Below, piece after piece: positions 11,973 through 25,293 of a DNA stretch of 33,160 nucleotides. The first letter of the stretch is position 1. Each line of letters opens with the position of its first letter. Below the pieces are notes generated by a model. It made no database searches. It was not told the origin of the DNA and worked only from the letters and a program-made list of their open reading frames with translations. The translations under genes and the position numbers were made by a program. Origin of the DNA: Paramoeba atlantica (lineage: Eukaryota > Protista > Discosea); assembly GCA_977017575.1 (NCBI GenBank), contig CDRNVI010000057.1:1-33160 (forward strand). Direction: 5' to 3'.

Positions 11973-13373
11973 TTCCGTCGTGGTGTGTCTCGAGTTTTGT
12001 GCGTTCATAGCGGTGCACTTTACCTTGCTTTTTCATGTGATAATGGAAACTCCACGATTTCCCTCGCTGAACGATCCTTACAGCCCCCCCCCCCCCCCAA
12101 GCAAGGCGACATTCACCACCGTAGGTCGCATTGATGAATGCAATGGTGGTTTGAGTGTGCCCGTGCGAACGACCAAGAAGTGACACATACAATTTTGGCG
12201 ATGACATAGTCGGGAAGAGAGGTTGAGCACGATGCGTTCACGTTTTGAACAGAGCTACGAAATCTATCGGGAAGGGGTGGGTCTTTGCAACGGCCGGGCG
12301 AAGAAATTCGTTGTTTTATACCTGGATTGTGCAGAACGTGTTTCGGAAGGTGTCACGTGGAAGGTGTTCCGCGCCATTGTGCGTCCTGTTTTCATTGTTC
12401 ATGTGCTGCCCTGCCTTGCCCCAAGTAAAACATCTAGCGGAATTGTTCGATGCACGTGAAATCACGCCCTGCGCATCTAACGGAATCAGTGGGATCGAAG
12501 AAGACAAAGATCATTCTCCACGGAATGGGGTCGCACGGTGGATGCGAGTTTCGTGTGAAACCGACGTTTTTCCACCACACTATTACAGTACGCGCGCGCC
12601 CTGCGATTCTGTTGCTTGGAAGAGCAGGTGAAATGTAAAAGAAGTATAGAGAAATACAACCGCCCCCCCTTGAGATGCAGGAAGCTTGTGCAATCAAGCA
12701 TTGGTTTGACTAAAATAATGTCCGATGACAACAAATTCTTGCGTTAGAAGAGGGGAAGGCTTATAGTATCAGTGAAATCATGTGAAAATAGTGCCCAAAG
12801 CAAATATCAGAGCAAACCACGAGCGCTCAGAACACTCATCAAGTAGAAAGGGTTAAAATTTTTTAAGATTTGGTTCAGGGAAGAACGGACAAAAAGTGGA
12901 CTGGCGAAACCCACGTTTTGATTCGCAATCATACTGACTAACGGAAAAACTCTATCTCTACAGAAAATATCGCTCGAAGCACGACCACTCAGGAGATGTA
13001 GCTTGCTGGTTCGGCGTTTCGCAATCGACGCACGCCATGCACGGAAGTCATGCAAACGTCGCGTCCAGAGATATTTGAAAACCCCCCTTCACCGTGCAGG
13101 CGGAAAGAGGTAAATCTGAGGTCATTTTGAATTTTGAGATAGGATGCGCTAAAAAGCGGTACACTTTTCGGGCTTTTTCATTCGACACGCGCACGGCCAT
13201 CTACTCATTCACCGTTTCTGCCGCCAAAACGTCATCTGCTACACAGGACAAAAAGACTTCATTTCAGCAAAGAAAATACCCTAAAATGTACCATTGCTTC
13301 TGCGATTCACGTTGCGTCTCTCCCGCGCGCCCAAAAGCGGCCACACGCTTGTGAACGAAGAGAATCGGAAAAA

Positions 13374-13454
13374 CGCGCCCAGCAGGGTTCGAACCTGCGC
13401 GTGAGAACACACCTGATTTCAAGTCAGGCCCCTTAACCACTTGGGTATGGACGC
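13374..13454 (-). tRNA. trnS: tRNA-Ser(UGA) copy 10
   Basis: Identical to copy 1. Confidence 0.97.
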
Positions 13455-14855
13455 TTCCGTCGTGGTGTGTCTCGAGTTTTGTGCGTTCATAGCGGTGCAC
13501 TTTACCTTGCTTTTTCATGTGATAATGGAAACTCCACGATTTCCCTCGCTGAACGATCCTTACAGCCCCCCCCCCCCCCCAAGCAAGGCGACATTCACCA
13601 CCGTAGGTCGCATTGATGAATGCAATGGTGGTTTGAGTGTGCCCGTGCGAACGACCAAGAAGTGACACATACAATTTTGGCGATGACATAGTCGGGAAGA
13701 GAGGTTGAGCACGATGCGTTCACGTTTTGAACAGAGCTACGAAATCTATCGGGAAGGGGTGGGTCTTTGCAACGGCCGGGCGAAGAAATTCGTTGTTTTA
13801 TACCTGGATTGTGCAGAACGTGTTTCGGAAGGTGTCACGTGGAAGGTGTTCCGCGCCATTGTGCGTCCTGTTTTCATTGTTCATGTGCTGCCCTGCCTTG
13901 CCCCAAGTAAAACATCTAGCGGAATTGTTCGATGCACGTGAAATCACGCCCTGCGCATCTAACGGAATCAGTGGGATCGAAGAAGACAAAGATCATTCTC
14001 CACGGAATGGGGTCGCACGGTGGATGCGAGTTTCGTGTGAAACCGACGTTTTTCCACCACACTATTACAGTACGCGCGCGCCCTGCGATTCTGTTGCTTG
14101 GAAGAGCAGGTGAAATGTAAAAGAAGTATAGAGAAATACAACCGCCCCCCCTTGAGATGCAGGAAGCTTGTGCAATCAAGCATTGGTTTGACTAAAATAA
14201 TGTCCGATGACAACAAATTCTTGCGTTAGAAGAGGGGAAGGCTTATAGTATCAGTGAAATCATGTGAAAATAGTGCCCAAAGCAAATATCAGAGCAAACC
14301 ACGAGCGCTCAGAACACTCATCAAGTAGAAAGGGTTAAAATTTTTTAAGATTTGGTTCAGGGAAGAACGGACAAAAAGTGGACTGGCGAAACCCACGTTT
14401 TGATTCGCAATCATACTGACTAACGGAAAAACTCTATCTCTACAGAAAATATCGCTCGAAGCACGACCACTCAGGAGATGTAGCTTGCTGGTTCGGCGTT
14501 TAGCAATCGACGCACGCCATGCACGGAAGTCATGCAAACGTCGCGTCCAGAGATATTTGAAAACCCCCCTTCACCGTGCAGGCGGAAAGAGGTAAATCTG
14601 AGGTCATTTTGAATTTTGAGATAGGATGCGCTAAAAAGCGGTACACTTTTCGGGCTTTTTCATTCGACACGCGCACGGCCATCTACTCATTCACCGTTTC
14701 TGCCGCCAAAACGTCATCTGCTACACAGGACAAAAAGACTTCATTTCAGCAAAGAAAATACCCTAAAATGTACCATTGCTTCTGCGATTCACGTTGCGTC
14801 TCTCCCGCGCGCCCAAAAGCGGCCACACGCTTGTGAACGAAGAGAATCGGAAAAA

Positions 14856-14936
14856 CGCGCCCAGCAGGGTTCGAACCTGCGCGTGAGAACACACCTGATT
14901 TCAAGTCAGGCCCCTTAACCACTTGGGTATGGACGC
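14856..14936 (-). tRNA. trnS: tRNA-Ser(UGA) copy 11
   Basis: Identical to copy 1. Confidence 0.97.
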
Positions 14937-16334
14937 TTCCGTCGTGGTGTGTCTCGAGTTTTGTGCGTTCATAGCGGTGCACTTTACCTTGCTTTTTCAT
15001 GTGATAATGGAAACTCCACGATTTCCCTCGCTGAACGATCCTTACAGCCCCCCCCCCCCAAGCAAGGCGACATTCACCACCGTAGGTCGCATTGATGAAT
15101 GCAATGGTGGTTTGAGTGTGCCCGTGCGAACGACCAAGAAGTGACACATACAATTTTGGCGATGACATAGTCGGGAAGAGAGGTTGAGCACGATGCGTTC
15201 ACGTTTTGAACAGAGCTACGAAATCTATCGGGAAGGGGTGGGTCTTTGCAACGGCCGGGCGAAGAAATTCGTTGTTTTATACCTGGATTGTGCAGAACGT
15301 GTTTCGGAAGGTGTCACGTGGAAGGTGTTCCGCGCCATTGTGCGTCCTGTTTTCATTGTTCATGTGCTGCCCTGCCTTGCCCCAAGTAAAACATCTAGCG
15401 GAATTGTTCGATGCACGTGAAATCACGCCCTGCGCATCTAACGGAATCAGTGGGATCGAAGAAGACAAAGATCATTCTCCACGGAATGGGGTCGCACGGT
15501 GGATGCGAGTTTCGTGTGAAACCGACGTTTTTCCACCACACTATTACAGTACGCGCGCGCCCTGCGATTCTGTTGCTTGGAAGAGCAGGTGAAATGTAAA
15601 AGAAGTATAGAGAAATACAACCGCCCCCCCTTGAGATGCAGGAAGCTTGTGCAATCAAGCATTGGTTTGACTAAAATAATGTCCGATGACAACAAATTCT
15701 TGCGTTAGAAGAGGGGAAGGCTTATAGTATCAGTGAAATCATGTGAAAATAGTGCCCAAAGCAAATATCAGAGCAAACCACGAGCGCTCAGAACACTCAT
15801 CAAGTAGAAAGGGTTAAAATTTTTTAAGATTTGGTTCAGGGAAGAACGGACAAAAAGTGGACTGGCGAAACCCACGTTTTGATTCGCAATCATACTGACT
15901 AACGGAAAAACTCTATCTCTACAGAAAATATCGCTCGAAGCACGACAACTCAGGAGATGTAGCTTGCTGGTTCGGCGTTTAGCAATCGACGCACGCCATG
16001 CACGGAAGTCATGCAAACGTCGCGTCCAGAGATATTTGAAAACCCCCCTTCACCGTGCAGGCGGAAAGAGGTAAATCTGAGGTCATTTTGAATTTTGAGA
16101 TAGGATGCGCTAAAAAGCGGTACACTTTTCGGGCTTTTTCATTCGACACGCGCACGGCCATCTACTCATTCACCGTTTCTGCCGCCAAAACGTCATCTGC
16201 TACACAGGACAAAAAGACTTCATTTCAGCAAAGAAAATACCCTAAAATGTACCATTGCTTCTGCGATTCACGTTGCGTCTCTCCCGCGCGCCCAAAAGCG
16301 GCCACACGCTTGTGAACGAAGAGAATCGGAAAAA

Positions 16335-16415
16335 CGCGCCCAGCAGGGTTCGAACCTGCGCGTGAGAACACACCTGATTTCAAGTCAGGCCCCTTAACCA
16401 CTTGGGTATGGACGC
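16335..16415 (-). tRNA. trnS: tRNA-Ser(UGA) copy 12
   Basis: Identical to copy 1. Confidence 0.97.
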
Positions 16416-17814
16416 TTCCGTCGTGGTGTGTCTCGAGTTTTGTGCGTTCATAGCGGTGCACTTTACCTTGCTTTTTCATGTGATAATGGAAACTCCACGA
16501 TTTCCCTCGCTGAACGATCCTTACAGCCCCCCCCCCCCAAGCAAGGCGACATTCACCACCGTAGGTCGCATTGATGAATGCAATGGTGGTTTGAGTGTGC
16601 CCGTGCGAACGACCAAGAAGTGACACATACAATTTTGGCGATGACATAGTCGGGAAGAGAGGTTGAGCACGATGCGTTCACGTTTTGAACAGAGCTACGA
16701 AATCTATCGGGAAGGGGTGGGTCTTTGCAACGGCCGGGCGAAGAAATTCGTTGTTTTATACCTGGATTGTGCAGAACGTGTTTCGGAAGGTGTCACGTGG
16801 AAGGTGTTCCGCGCCATTGTGCGTCCTGTTTTCATTGTTCATGTGCTGCCCTGCCTTGCCCCAAGTAAAACATCTAGCGGAATTGTTCGATGCACGTGAA
16901 ATCACGCCCTGCCGCATCTAACGGAATCAGTGGGATCGAAGAAGACAAAGATCATTCTCCACGGAATGGGGTCGCACGGTGGATGCGAGTTTCGTGTGAA
17001 ACCGACGTTTTTCCACCACACTATTACAGTACGCGCGCGCCCTGCGATTCTGTTGCTTGGAAGAGCAGGTGAAATGTAAAAGAAGTATAGAGAAATACAA
17101 CCGCCCCCCTTGAGATGCAGGAAGCTTGTGCAATCAAGCATTGGTTTGACTAAAATAATGTCCGATGACAACAAATTCTTGCGTTAGAAGAGGGGAAGGC
17201 TTATAGTATCAGTGAAATCATGTGAAAATAGTGCCCAAAGCAAATATCAGAGCAAACCACGAGCGCTCAGAACACTCATCAAGTAGAAAGGGTTAAAATT
17301 TTTTTAAGATTTGGTTCAGGGAAGAACGGACAAAAAGTGACTGGCGAAACCCACGTTTTGATTCGCAATCATACTGACTAACGGAAAAACTCTATCTCTA
17401 CAGAAAATATCGCTCGAAAGCACGACCACTCAGGAGATGTAGCTTGCTGGTTCGGCGTTTAGCAATCGACGCACGCCATGCACGGAAGTCATGCAAACGT
17501 CGCGTCCAGAGATATTTGAAAACCCCCCTTCACCGTGCAGGCGGAAAGAGGTAAATCTGAGGTCATTTTGAATTTTGAGATAGGATGCGCTAAAAAGCGG
17601 TACACTTTTCGGGCTTTTTCATTCGACACGCGCACGGCCATCTACTCATTCACCGTTTCTGCCGCCAAAACGTCATCTGCTACACAGGACAAAAAGACTT
17701 CATTTCAGCAAAGAAAATACCCTAAAATGTACCATTGCTTCTGCGATTCACGTTGCGTCTCTCCCGCGCGCCCAAAAGCGGCCACACGCTTGTGAACGAA
17801 GAGAATCGGAAAAA

Positions 17815-17895
17815 CGCGCCCAGCAGGGTTCGAACCTGCGCGTGAGAACACACCTGATTTCAAGTCAGGCCCCTTAACCACTTGGGTATGGACGC
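17815..17895 (-). tRNA. trnS: tRNA-Ser(UGA) copy 13
   Basis: Identical to copy 1. Confidence 0.97.
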
Positions 17896-19292
17896 TTCCG
17901 TCGTGGTGTGTCTCGAGTTTTGTGCGTTCATAGCGGTGCACTTTACCTTGCTTTTTCATGTGATAATGGAAACTCCACGATTTCCCTCGCTGAACGATCC
18001 TTACAGCCCCCCCCCCCCAAGCAAGGCGACATTCACCACCGTAGGTCGCATTGATGAATGCAATGGTGGTTTGAGTGTGCCCGTGCGAACGACCAAGAAG
18101 TGACACATACAATTTTGGCGATGACATAGTCGGGAAGAGAGGTTGAGCACGATGCGTTCACGTTTTGAACAGAGCTACGAAATCTATCGGGAAGGGGTGG
18201 GTCTTTGCAACGGCCGGGCGAAGAAATTCGTTGTTTTATACCTGGATTGTGCAGAACGTGTTTCGGAAGGTGTCACGTGGAAGGTGTTCCGCGCCATTGT
18301 GCGTCCTGTTTTCATTGTTCATGTGCTGCCCTGCCTTGCCCCAAGTAAAACATCTAGCGGAATTGTTCGATGCACGTGAAATCACGCCCTGCGCATCTAA
18401 CGGAATCAGTGGGATCGAAGAAGACAAAGATCATTCTCCACGGAATGGGGTCGCACGGTGGATGCGAGTTTCGTGTGAAACCGACGTTTTTCCACCACAC
18501 TATTACAGTACGCGCGCGCCCTGCGATTCTGTTGCTTGGAAGAGCAGGTGAAATGTAAAAGAAGTATAGAGAAATACAACCGCCCCCCTTGAGATGCAGG
18601 AAGCTTGTGCAATCAAGCATTGGTTTGACTAAAATAATGTCCGATGACAACAAATTCTTGCGTTAGAAGAGGGGAAGGCTTATAGTATCAGTGAAATCAT
18701 GTGAAAATAGTGCCCAAAGCAAATATCAGAGCAAACCACGAGCGCTCAGAACACTCATCAAGTAGAAAGGGTTAAAATTTTTTAAGATTTGGTTCAGGGA
18801 AGAACGGACAAAAAGTGGACTGGCGAAACCCACGTTTTGATTCGCAATCATACTGACTAACGGAAAAACTCTATCTCTACAGAAAATATCGCTCGAAGCA
18901 CGACCACTCAGGAGATGTAGCTTGCTGGTTCGGCGTTTAGCAATCGACGCACGCCATGCACGGAAGTCATGCAAACGTCGCGTCCAGAGATATTTGAAAA
19001 CCCCCCTTCACCGTGCAGGCGGAAAGAGGTAAATCTGAGGTCATTTTGAATTTTGAGATAGGATGCGCTAAAAAGCGGTACACTTTTCGGGCTTTTTCAT
19101 TCGACACGCGCACGGCCATCTACTCATTCACCGTTTCTGCCGCCAAAACGTCATCTGCTACACAGGACAAAAAGACTTCATTTCAGCAAAGAAAATACAC
19201 TAAAATGTACCATTGCTTCTGCGATTCACGTTGCGTCTCTCCCGCGCGCCCAAAAGCGGCCACACGCTTGTGAACGAAGAGAATCGGAAAAA

Positions 19293-19373
19293 CGCGCCCA
19301 GCAGGGTTCGAACCTGCGCGTGAGAACACACCTGATTTCAAGTCAGGCCCCTTAACCACTTGGGTATGGACGC
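19293..19373 (-). tRNA. trnS: tRNA-Ser(UGA) copy 14
   Basis: Identical to copy 1. Confidence 0.97.
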
Positions 19374-20772
19374 TTCCGTCGTGGTGTGTCTCGAGTTTTG
19401 TGCGTTCATAGCGGTGCACTTTACCTTGCTTTTTCATGTGATAATGGAAACTCCACGATTTCCCTCGCTGAACGATCCTTACAGCCCCCCCCCCCCCAAG
19501 CAAGGCGACATTCACCACCGTAGGTCGCATTGATGAATGCAATGGTGGTTTGAGTGTGCCCGTGCGAACGACCAAGAAGTGACACATACAATTTTGGCGA
19601 TGACATAGTCGGGAAGAGAGGTTGAGCACGATGCGTTCACGTTTTGAACAGAGCTACGAAATCTATCGGGAAGGGGTGGGTCTTTGCAACGGCCGGGCGA
19701 AGAAATTCGTTGTTTTATACCTGGATTGTGCAGAACGTGTTTCGGAAGGTGTCACGTGGAAGGTGTTCCGCGCCATTGTGCGTCCTGTTTTCATTGTTCA
19801 TGTGCTGCCCTGCCTTGCCCCAAGTAAAACATCTAGCGGAATTGTTCGATGCACGTGAAATCACGCCCTGCGCATCTAACGGAATCAGTGGGATCGAAGA
19901 AGACAAAGATCATTCTCCACGGAATGGGGTCGCACGGTGGATGCGAGTTTCGTGTGAAACCGACGTTTTTCCACCACACTATTACAGTACGCGCGCGCCC
20001 TGCGATTCTGTTGCTTGGAAGAGCAGGTGAAATGTAAAAGAAGTATAGAGAAATACAACCGCCCCCCCTTGAGATGCAGGAAGCTTGTGCAATCAAGCAT
20101 TGGTTTGACTAAAATAATGTCCGATGACAACAAATTCTTGCGTTAGAAGAGGGGAAGGCTTATAGTATCAGTGAAATCATGTGAAAATAGTGCCCAAAGC
20201 AAATATCAGAGCAAACCACGAGCGCTCAGAACACTCATCAAGTAGAAAGGGTTAAAATTTTTTAAGATTTGGTTCAGGGAAGAACGGACAAAAAGTGGAC
20301 TGGCGAAACCCACGTTTTGATTCGCAATCATACTGACTAACGGAAAAACTCTATCTCTACGGAAAATATCGCTCGAAGCACGACCACTCAGGAGATGTAG
20401 CTTGCTGGTTCGGCGTTTAGCAATCGACGCACGCCATGCACGGAAGTCATGCAAACGTCGCGTCCAGAGATATTTGAAAACCCCCCTTCACCGTGCAGGC
20501 GGAAAGAGGTAAATCTGAGGTCATTTTGAATTTTGAGATAGGATGGGCTAAAAAGCGGTACACTTTTCGGGCTTTTTCATTCGACACGCGCACGGCCATC
20601 TACTCATTCACCGTTTCTGCCGCCAAAACGTCATCTGCTACACAGGACAAAAAGACTTCATTTCAGCAAAGAAAATACCCTAAAATGTACCATTGCTTCT
20701 GCGATTCACGTTGCGTCTCTCCCGCGCGCCCAAAAGCGGCCACACGCTTGTGAACGAAGAGAATCGGAAAAA

Positions 20773-20853
20773 CGCGCCCAGCAGGGTTCGAACCTGCGCG
20801 TGAGAACACACCTGATTTCAAGTCAGGCCCCTTAACCACTTGGGTATGGACGC
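20773..20853 (-). tRNA. trnS: tRNA-Ser(UGA) copy 15
   Basis: Identical to copy 1. Confidence 0.97.
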
Positions 20854-22250
20854 TTCCGTCGTGGTGTGTCTCGAGTTTTGTGCGTTCATAGCGGTGCACT
20901 TTACCTTGCTTTTTCATGTGATAATGGAAACTCCACGATTTCCCTCGCTGAACGATCCTTACAGCCCCCCCCCCCAAGCAAGGCGACATTCACCACCGTA
21001 GGTCGCATTGATGAATGCAATGGTGGTTTGAGTGTGCCCGTGCGAACGACCAAGAAGTGACACATACAATTTTGGCGATGACATAGTCGGGAAGAGAGGT
21101 TGAGCACGATGCGTTCACGTTTTGAACAGAGCTACGAAATCTATCGGGAAGGGGTGGGTCTTTGCAACGGCCGGGCGAAGAAATTCGTTGTTTTATACCT
21201 GGATTGTGCAGAACGTGTTTCGGAAGGTGTCACGTGGAAGGTGTTCCGCGCCATTGTGCGTCCTGTTTTCATTGTTCATGTGCTGCCCTGCCTTGCCCCA
21301 AGTAAAACATCTAGCGGAATTGTTCGATGCACGTGAAATCACGCCCTGCGCATCTAACGGAATCAGTGGGATCGAAGAAGACAAAGATCATTCTCCACGG
21401 AATGGGGTCGCACGGTGGATGCGAGTTTCGTGTGAAACCGACGTTTTTCCACCACACTATTACAGTACGCGCGCGCCCTGCGATTCTGTTGCTTGGAAGA
21501 GCAGGTGAAATGTAAAAGAAGTATAGAGAAATACAACCGCCCCCCCTTGAGATGCAGGAAGCTTGTGCAATCAAGCATTGGTTTGACTAAAATAATGTCC
21601 GATGACAACAAATTCTTGCGTTAGAAGAGGGGAAGGCTTATAGTATCAGTGAAATCATGTGAAAATAGTGCCCAAAGCAAATATCAGAGCAAACCACGAG
21701 CGCTCAGAACACTCATCAAGTAGAAAGGGTTAAAATTTTTTAAGATTTGGTTCAGGGAAGAACGGACAAAAAGTGGACTGGCGAAACCCACGTTTTGATT
21801 CGCAATCATACTGACTAACGGAAAAACTCTATCTCTACAGAAAATATCGCTCGAAGCACGACCACTCAGGAGATGTAGCTTGCTGGTTCGGCGTTTAGCA
21901 ATCGACGCACGCCATGCACGGAAGTCATGCAAACGTCGCGTCCAGAGATATTTGAAAACCCCCCTTCACCGTGCAGGCGGAAAGAGGTAAATCTGAGGTC
22001 ATTTTGAATTTTGAGATAGGATGCGCTAAAAAGCGGTACACTTTTCGGGCTTTTTCATTCGACACGCGCACGGCCATCTACTCATTCACCGTTTCTGCCG
22101 CCAAAACGTCATCTGCTACACAGGACAAAAAGACTTCATTTCAGCAAAGAAAATACACTAAAATGTACCATTGCTTCTGCGATTCACGTTGCGTCTCTCC
22201 CGCGCGCCCAAAAGCGGCCACACGCTTGTGAACGAAGAGAATCGGAAAAA

Positions 22251-22331
22251 CGCGCCCAGCAGGGTTCGAACCTGCGCGTGAGAACACACCTGATTTCAAG
22301 TCAGTCCCCTTAACCACTTGGGTATGGACGC
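22251..22331 (-). tRNA. trnS: tRNA-Ser(UGA) copy 16, variant C27A (A27:G43 mismatch)
   Basis: The + strand has g>t at 22305 (tcagt instead of tcagg), which breaks the top pair of the anticodon stem. Confidence 0.85.
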
Positions 22332-23731
22332 TTCCGTCGTGGTGTGTCTCGAGTTTTGTGCGTTCATAGCGGTGCACTTTACCTTGCTTTTTCATGTGAT
22401 AATGGAAACTCCACGATTTCCCTCGCTGAACGATCCTTACAGCCCCCCCCCCCCCCAAGCAAGGCGACATTCACCACCGTAGGTCGCATTGATGAATGCA
22501 ATGGTGGTTTGAGTGTGCCCGTGCGAACGACCAAGAAGTGACACATACAATTTTGGCGATGACATAGTCGGGAAGAGAGGTTGAGCACGATGCGTTCACG
22601 TTTTGAACAGAGCTACGAAATCTATCGGGAAGGGGTGGGTCTTTGCAACGGCCGGGCGAAGAAATTCGTTGTTTTATACCTGGATTGTGCAGAACGTGTT
22701 TCGGAAGGTGTCACGTGGAAGGTGTTCCGCGCCATTGTGCGTCCTGTTTTCATTGTTCATGTGCTGCCCTGCCTTGCCCCAAGTAAAACATCTAGCGGAA
22801 TTGTTCGATGCACGTGAAATCACGCCCTGCGCATCTAACGGAATCAGTGGGATCGAAGAAGACAAAGATCATTCTCCACGGAATGGGGTCGCACGGTGGA
22901 TGCGAGTTTCGTGTGAAACCGACGTTTTTCCACCACACTATTACAGTACGCGCGCGCCCTGCGATTCTGTTGCTTGGAAGAGCAGGTGAAATGTAAAAGA
23001 AGTATAGAGAAATACAACCGCCCCCCCTTGAGATGCAGGAAGCTTGTGCAATCAAGCATTGGTTTGACTAAAATAATGTCCGATGACAACAAATTCTTGC
23101 GTTAGAAGAGGGGAAGGCTTATAGTATCAGTGAAATCATGTGAAAATAGTGCCCAAAGCAAATATCAGAGCAAACCACGAGCGCTCAGAACACTCATCAA
23201 GTAGAAAGGGTTAAAATTTTTTAAGATTTGGTTCAGGGAAGAACGGACAAAAAGTGGACTGGCGAAACCCACGTTTTGATTCGCAATCATACTGACTAAC
23301 GGAAAAACTCTATCTCTACAGAAAATATCGCTCGAAGCACGACCACTCAGGAGATGTAGCTTGCTGGTTCGGCGTTTCGCAATCGACGCACGCCATGCAC
23401 GGAAGTCATGCAAACGTCGCGTCCAGAGATATTTGAAAACCCCCCTTCACCGTGCAGGCGGAAAGAGGTAAATCTGAGGTCATTTTGAATTTTGAGATAG
23501 GATGGGCTAAAAAGCGGTACACTTTTCGGGCTTTTTCATTCGACACGCGCACGGCCATCTACTCATTCACCGTTTCTGCCGCCAAAACGTCATCTGCTAC
23601 ACAGGACAAAAAGACTTCATTTCAGCAAAGAAAATACCCTAAAATGTACCATTGCTTCTGCGATTCACGTTGCGTCTCTCCCGCGCGCCCAAAAGCGGCC
23701 ACACGCTTGTGAACGAAGAGAATCGGAAAAA

Positions 23732-23812
23732 CGCGCCCAGCAGGGTTCGAACCTGCGCGTGAGAACACACCTGATTTCAAGTCAGGCCCCTTAACCACTT
23801 GGGTATGGACGC
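23732..23812 (-). tRNA. trnS: tRNA-Ser(UGA) copy 17
   Basis: Identical to copy 1. Confidence 0.97.
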
Positions 23813-25212
23813 TTCCGTCGTGGTGTGTCTCGAGTTTTGTGCGTTCATAGCGGTGCACTTTACCTTGCTTTTTCATGTGATAATGGAAACTCCACGATTT
23901 CCCTCGCTGAACGATCCTTACAGCCCCCCCCCCCCCCAAGCAAGGCGACATTCACCACCGTAGGTCGCATTGATGAATGCAATGGTGGTTTGAGTGTGCC
24001 CGTGCGAACGACCAAGAAGTGACACATACAATTTTGGCGATGACATAGTCGGGAAGAGAGGTTGAGCACGATGCGTTCACGTTTTGAACAGAGCTACGAA
24101 ATCTATCGGGAAGGGGTGGGTCTTTGCAACGGCCGGGCGAAGAAATTCGTTGTTTTATACCTGGATTGTGCAGAACGTGTTTCGGAAGGTGTCACGTGGA
24201 AGGTGTTCCGCGCCATTGTGCGTCCTGTTTTCATTGTTCATGTGCTGCCCTGCCTTGCCCCAAGTAAAACATCTAGCGGAATTGTTCGATGCACGTGAAA
24301 TCACGCCCTGCGCATCTAACGGAATCAGTGGGATCGAAGAAGACAAAGATCATTCTCCACGGAATGGGGTCGCACGGTGGATGCGAGTTTCGTGTGAAAC
24401 CGACGTTTTTCCACCACACTATTACAGTACGCGCGCGCCCTGCGATTCTGTTGCTTGGAAGAGCAGGTGAAATGTAAAAGAAGTATAGAGAAATACAACC
24501 GCCCCCCCTTGAGATGCAGGAAGCTTGTGCAATCAAGCATTGGTTTGACTAAAATAATGTCCGATGACAACAAATTCTTGCGTTAGAAGAGGGGAAGGCT
24601 TATAGTATCAGTGAAATCATGTGAAAATAGTGCCCAAAGCAAATATCAGAGCAAACCACGAGCGCTCAGAACACTCATCAAGTAGAAAGGGTTAAAATTT
24701 TTTAAGATTTGGTTCAGGGAAGAACGGACAAAAAGTGGACTGGCGAAACCCACGTTTTGATTCGCAATCATACTGACTAACGGAAAAACTCTATCTCTAC
24801 AGAAAATATCGCTCGAAGCACGACCACTCAGGAGATGTAGCTTGCTGGTTCGGCGTTTAGCAATCGACGCACGCCATGCACGGAAGTCATGCAAACGTCG
24901 CGTCCAGAGATATTTGAAAACCCCCCTTCACCGTGCAGGCGGAAAGAGGTAAATCTGAGGTCATTTTGAATTTTGAGATAGGATGCGCTAAAAAGCGGTA
25001 CACTTTTCGGGCTTTTTCATTCGACACGCGCACGGCCATCTACTCATTCACCGTTTCTGCCGCCAAAACGTCATCTGCTACACAGGACAAAAAGACTTCA
25101 TTTCAGCAAAGAAAATACACTAAAATGTACCATTGCTTCTGCGATTCACGTTGCGTCTCTCCCGCGCGCCCAAAAGCGGCCACACGCTTGTGAACGAAGA
25201 GAATCGGAAAAA

Positions 25213-25293
25213 CGCGCCCAGCAGGGTTCGAACCTGCGCGTGAGAACACACCTGATTTCAAGTCAGTCCCCTTAACCACTTGGGTATGGACGT
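25213..25293 (-). pseudogene. trnS: tRNA-Ser(UGA) copy 18, G1A + C27A, probable tRNA pseudogene
   Basis: g>t at 25267 gives A27:G43, and c>t at 25293 gives A1:C72. tRNA identity is certain; loss of function is inferred. Confidence 0.6.
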
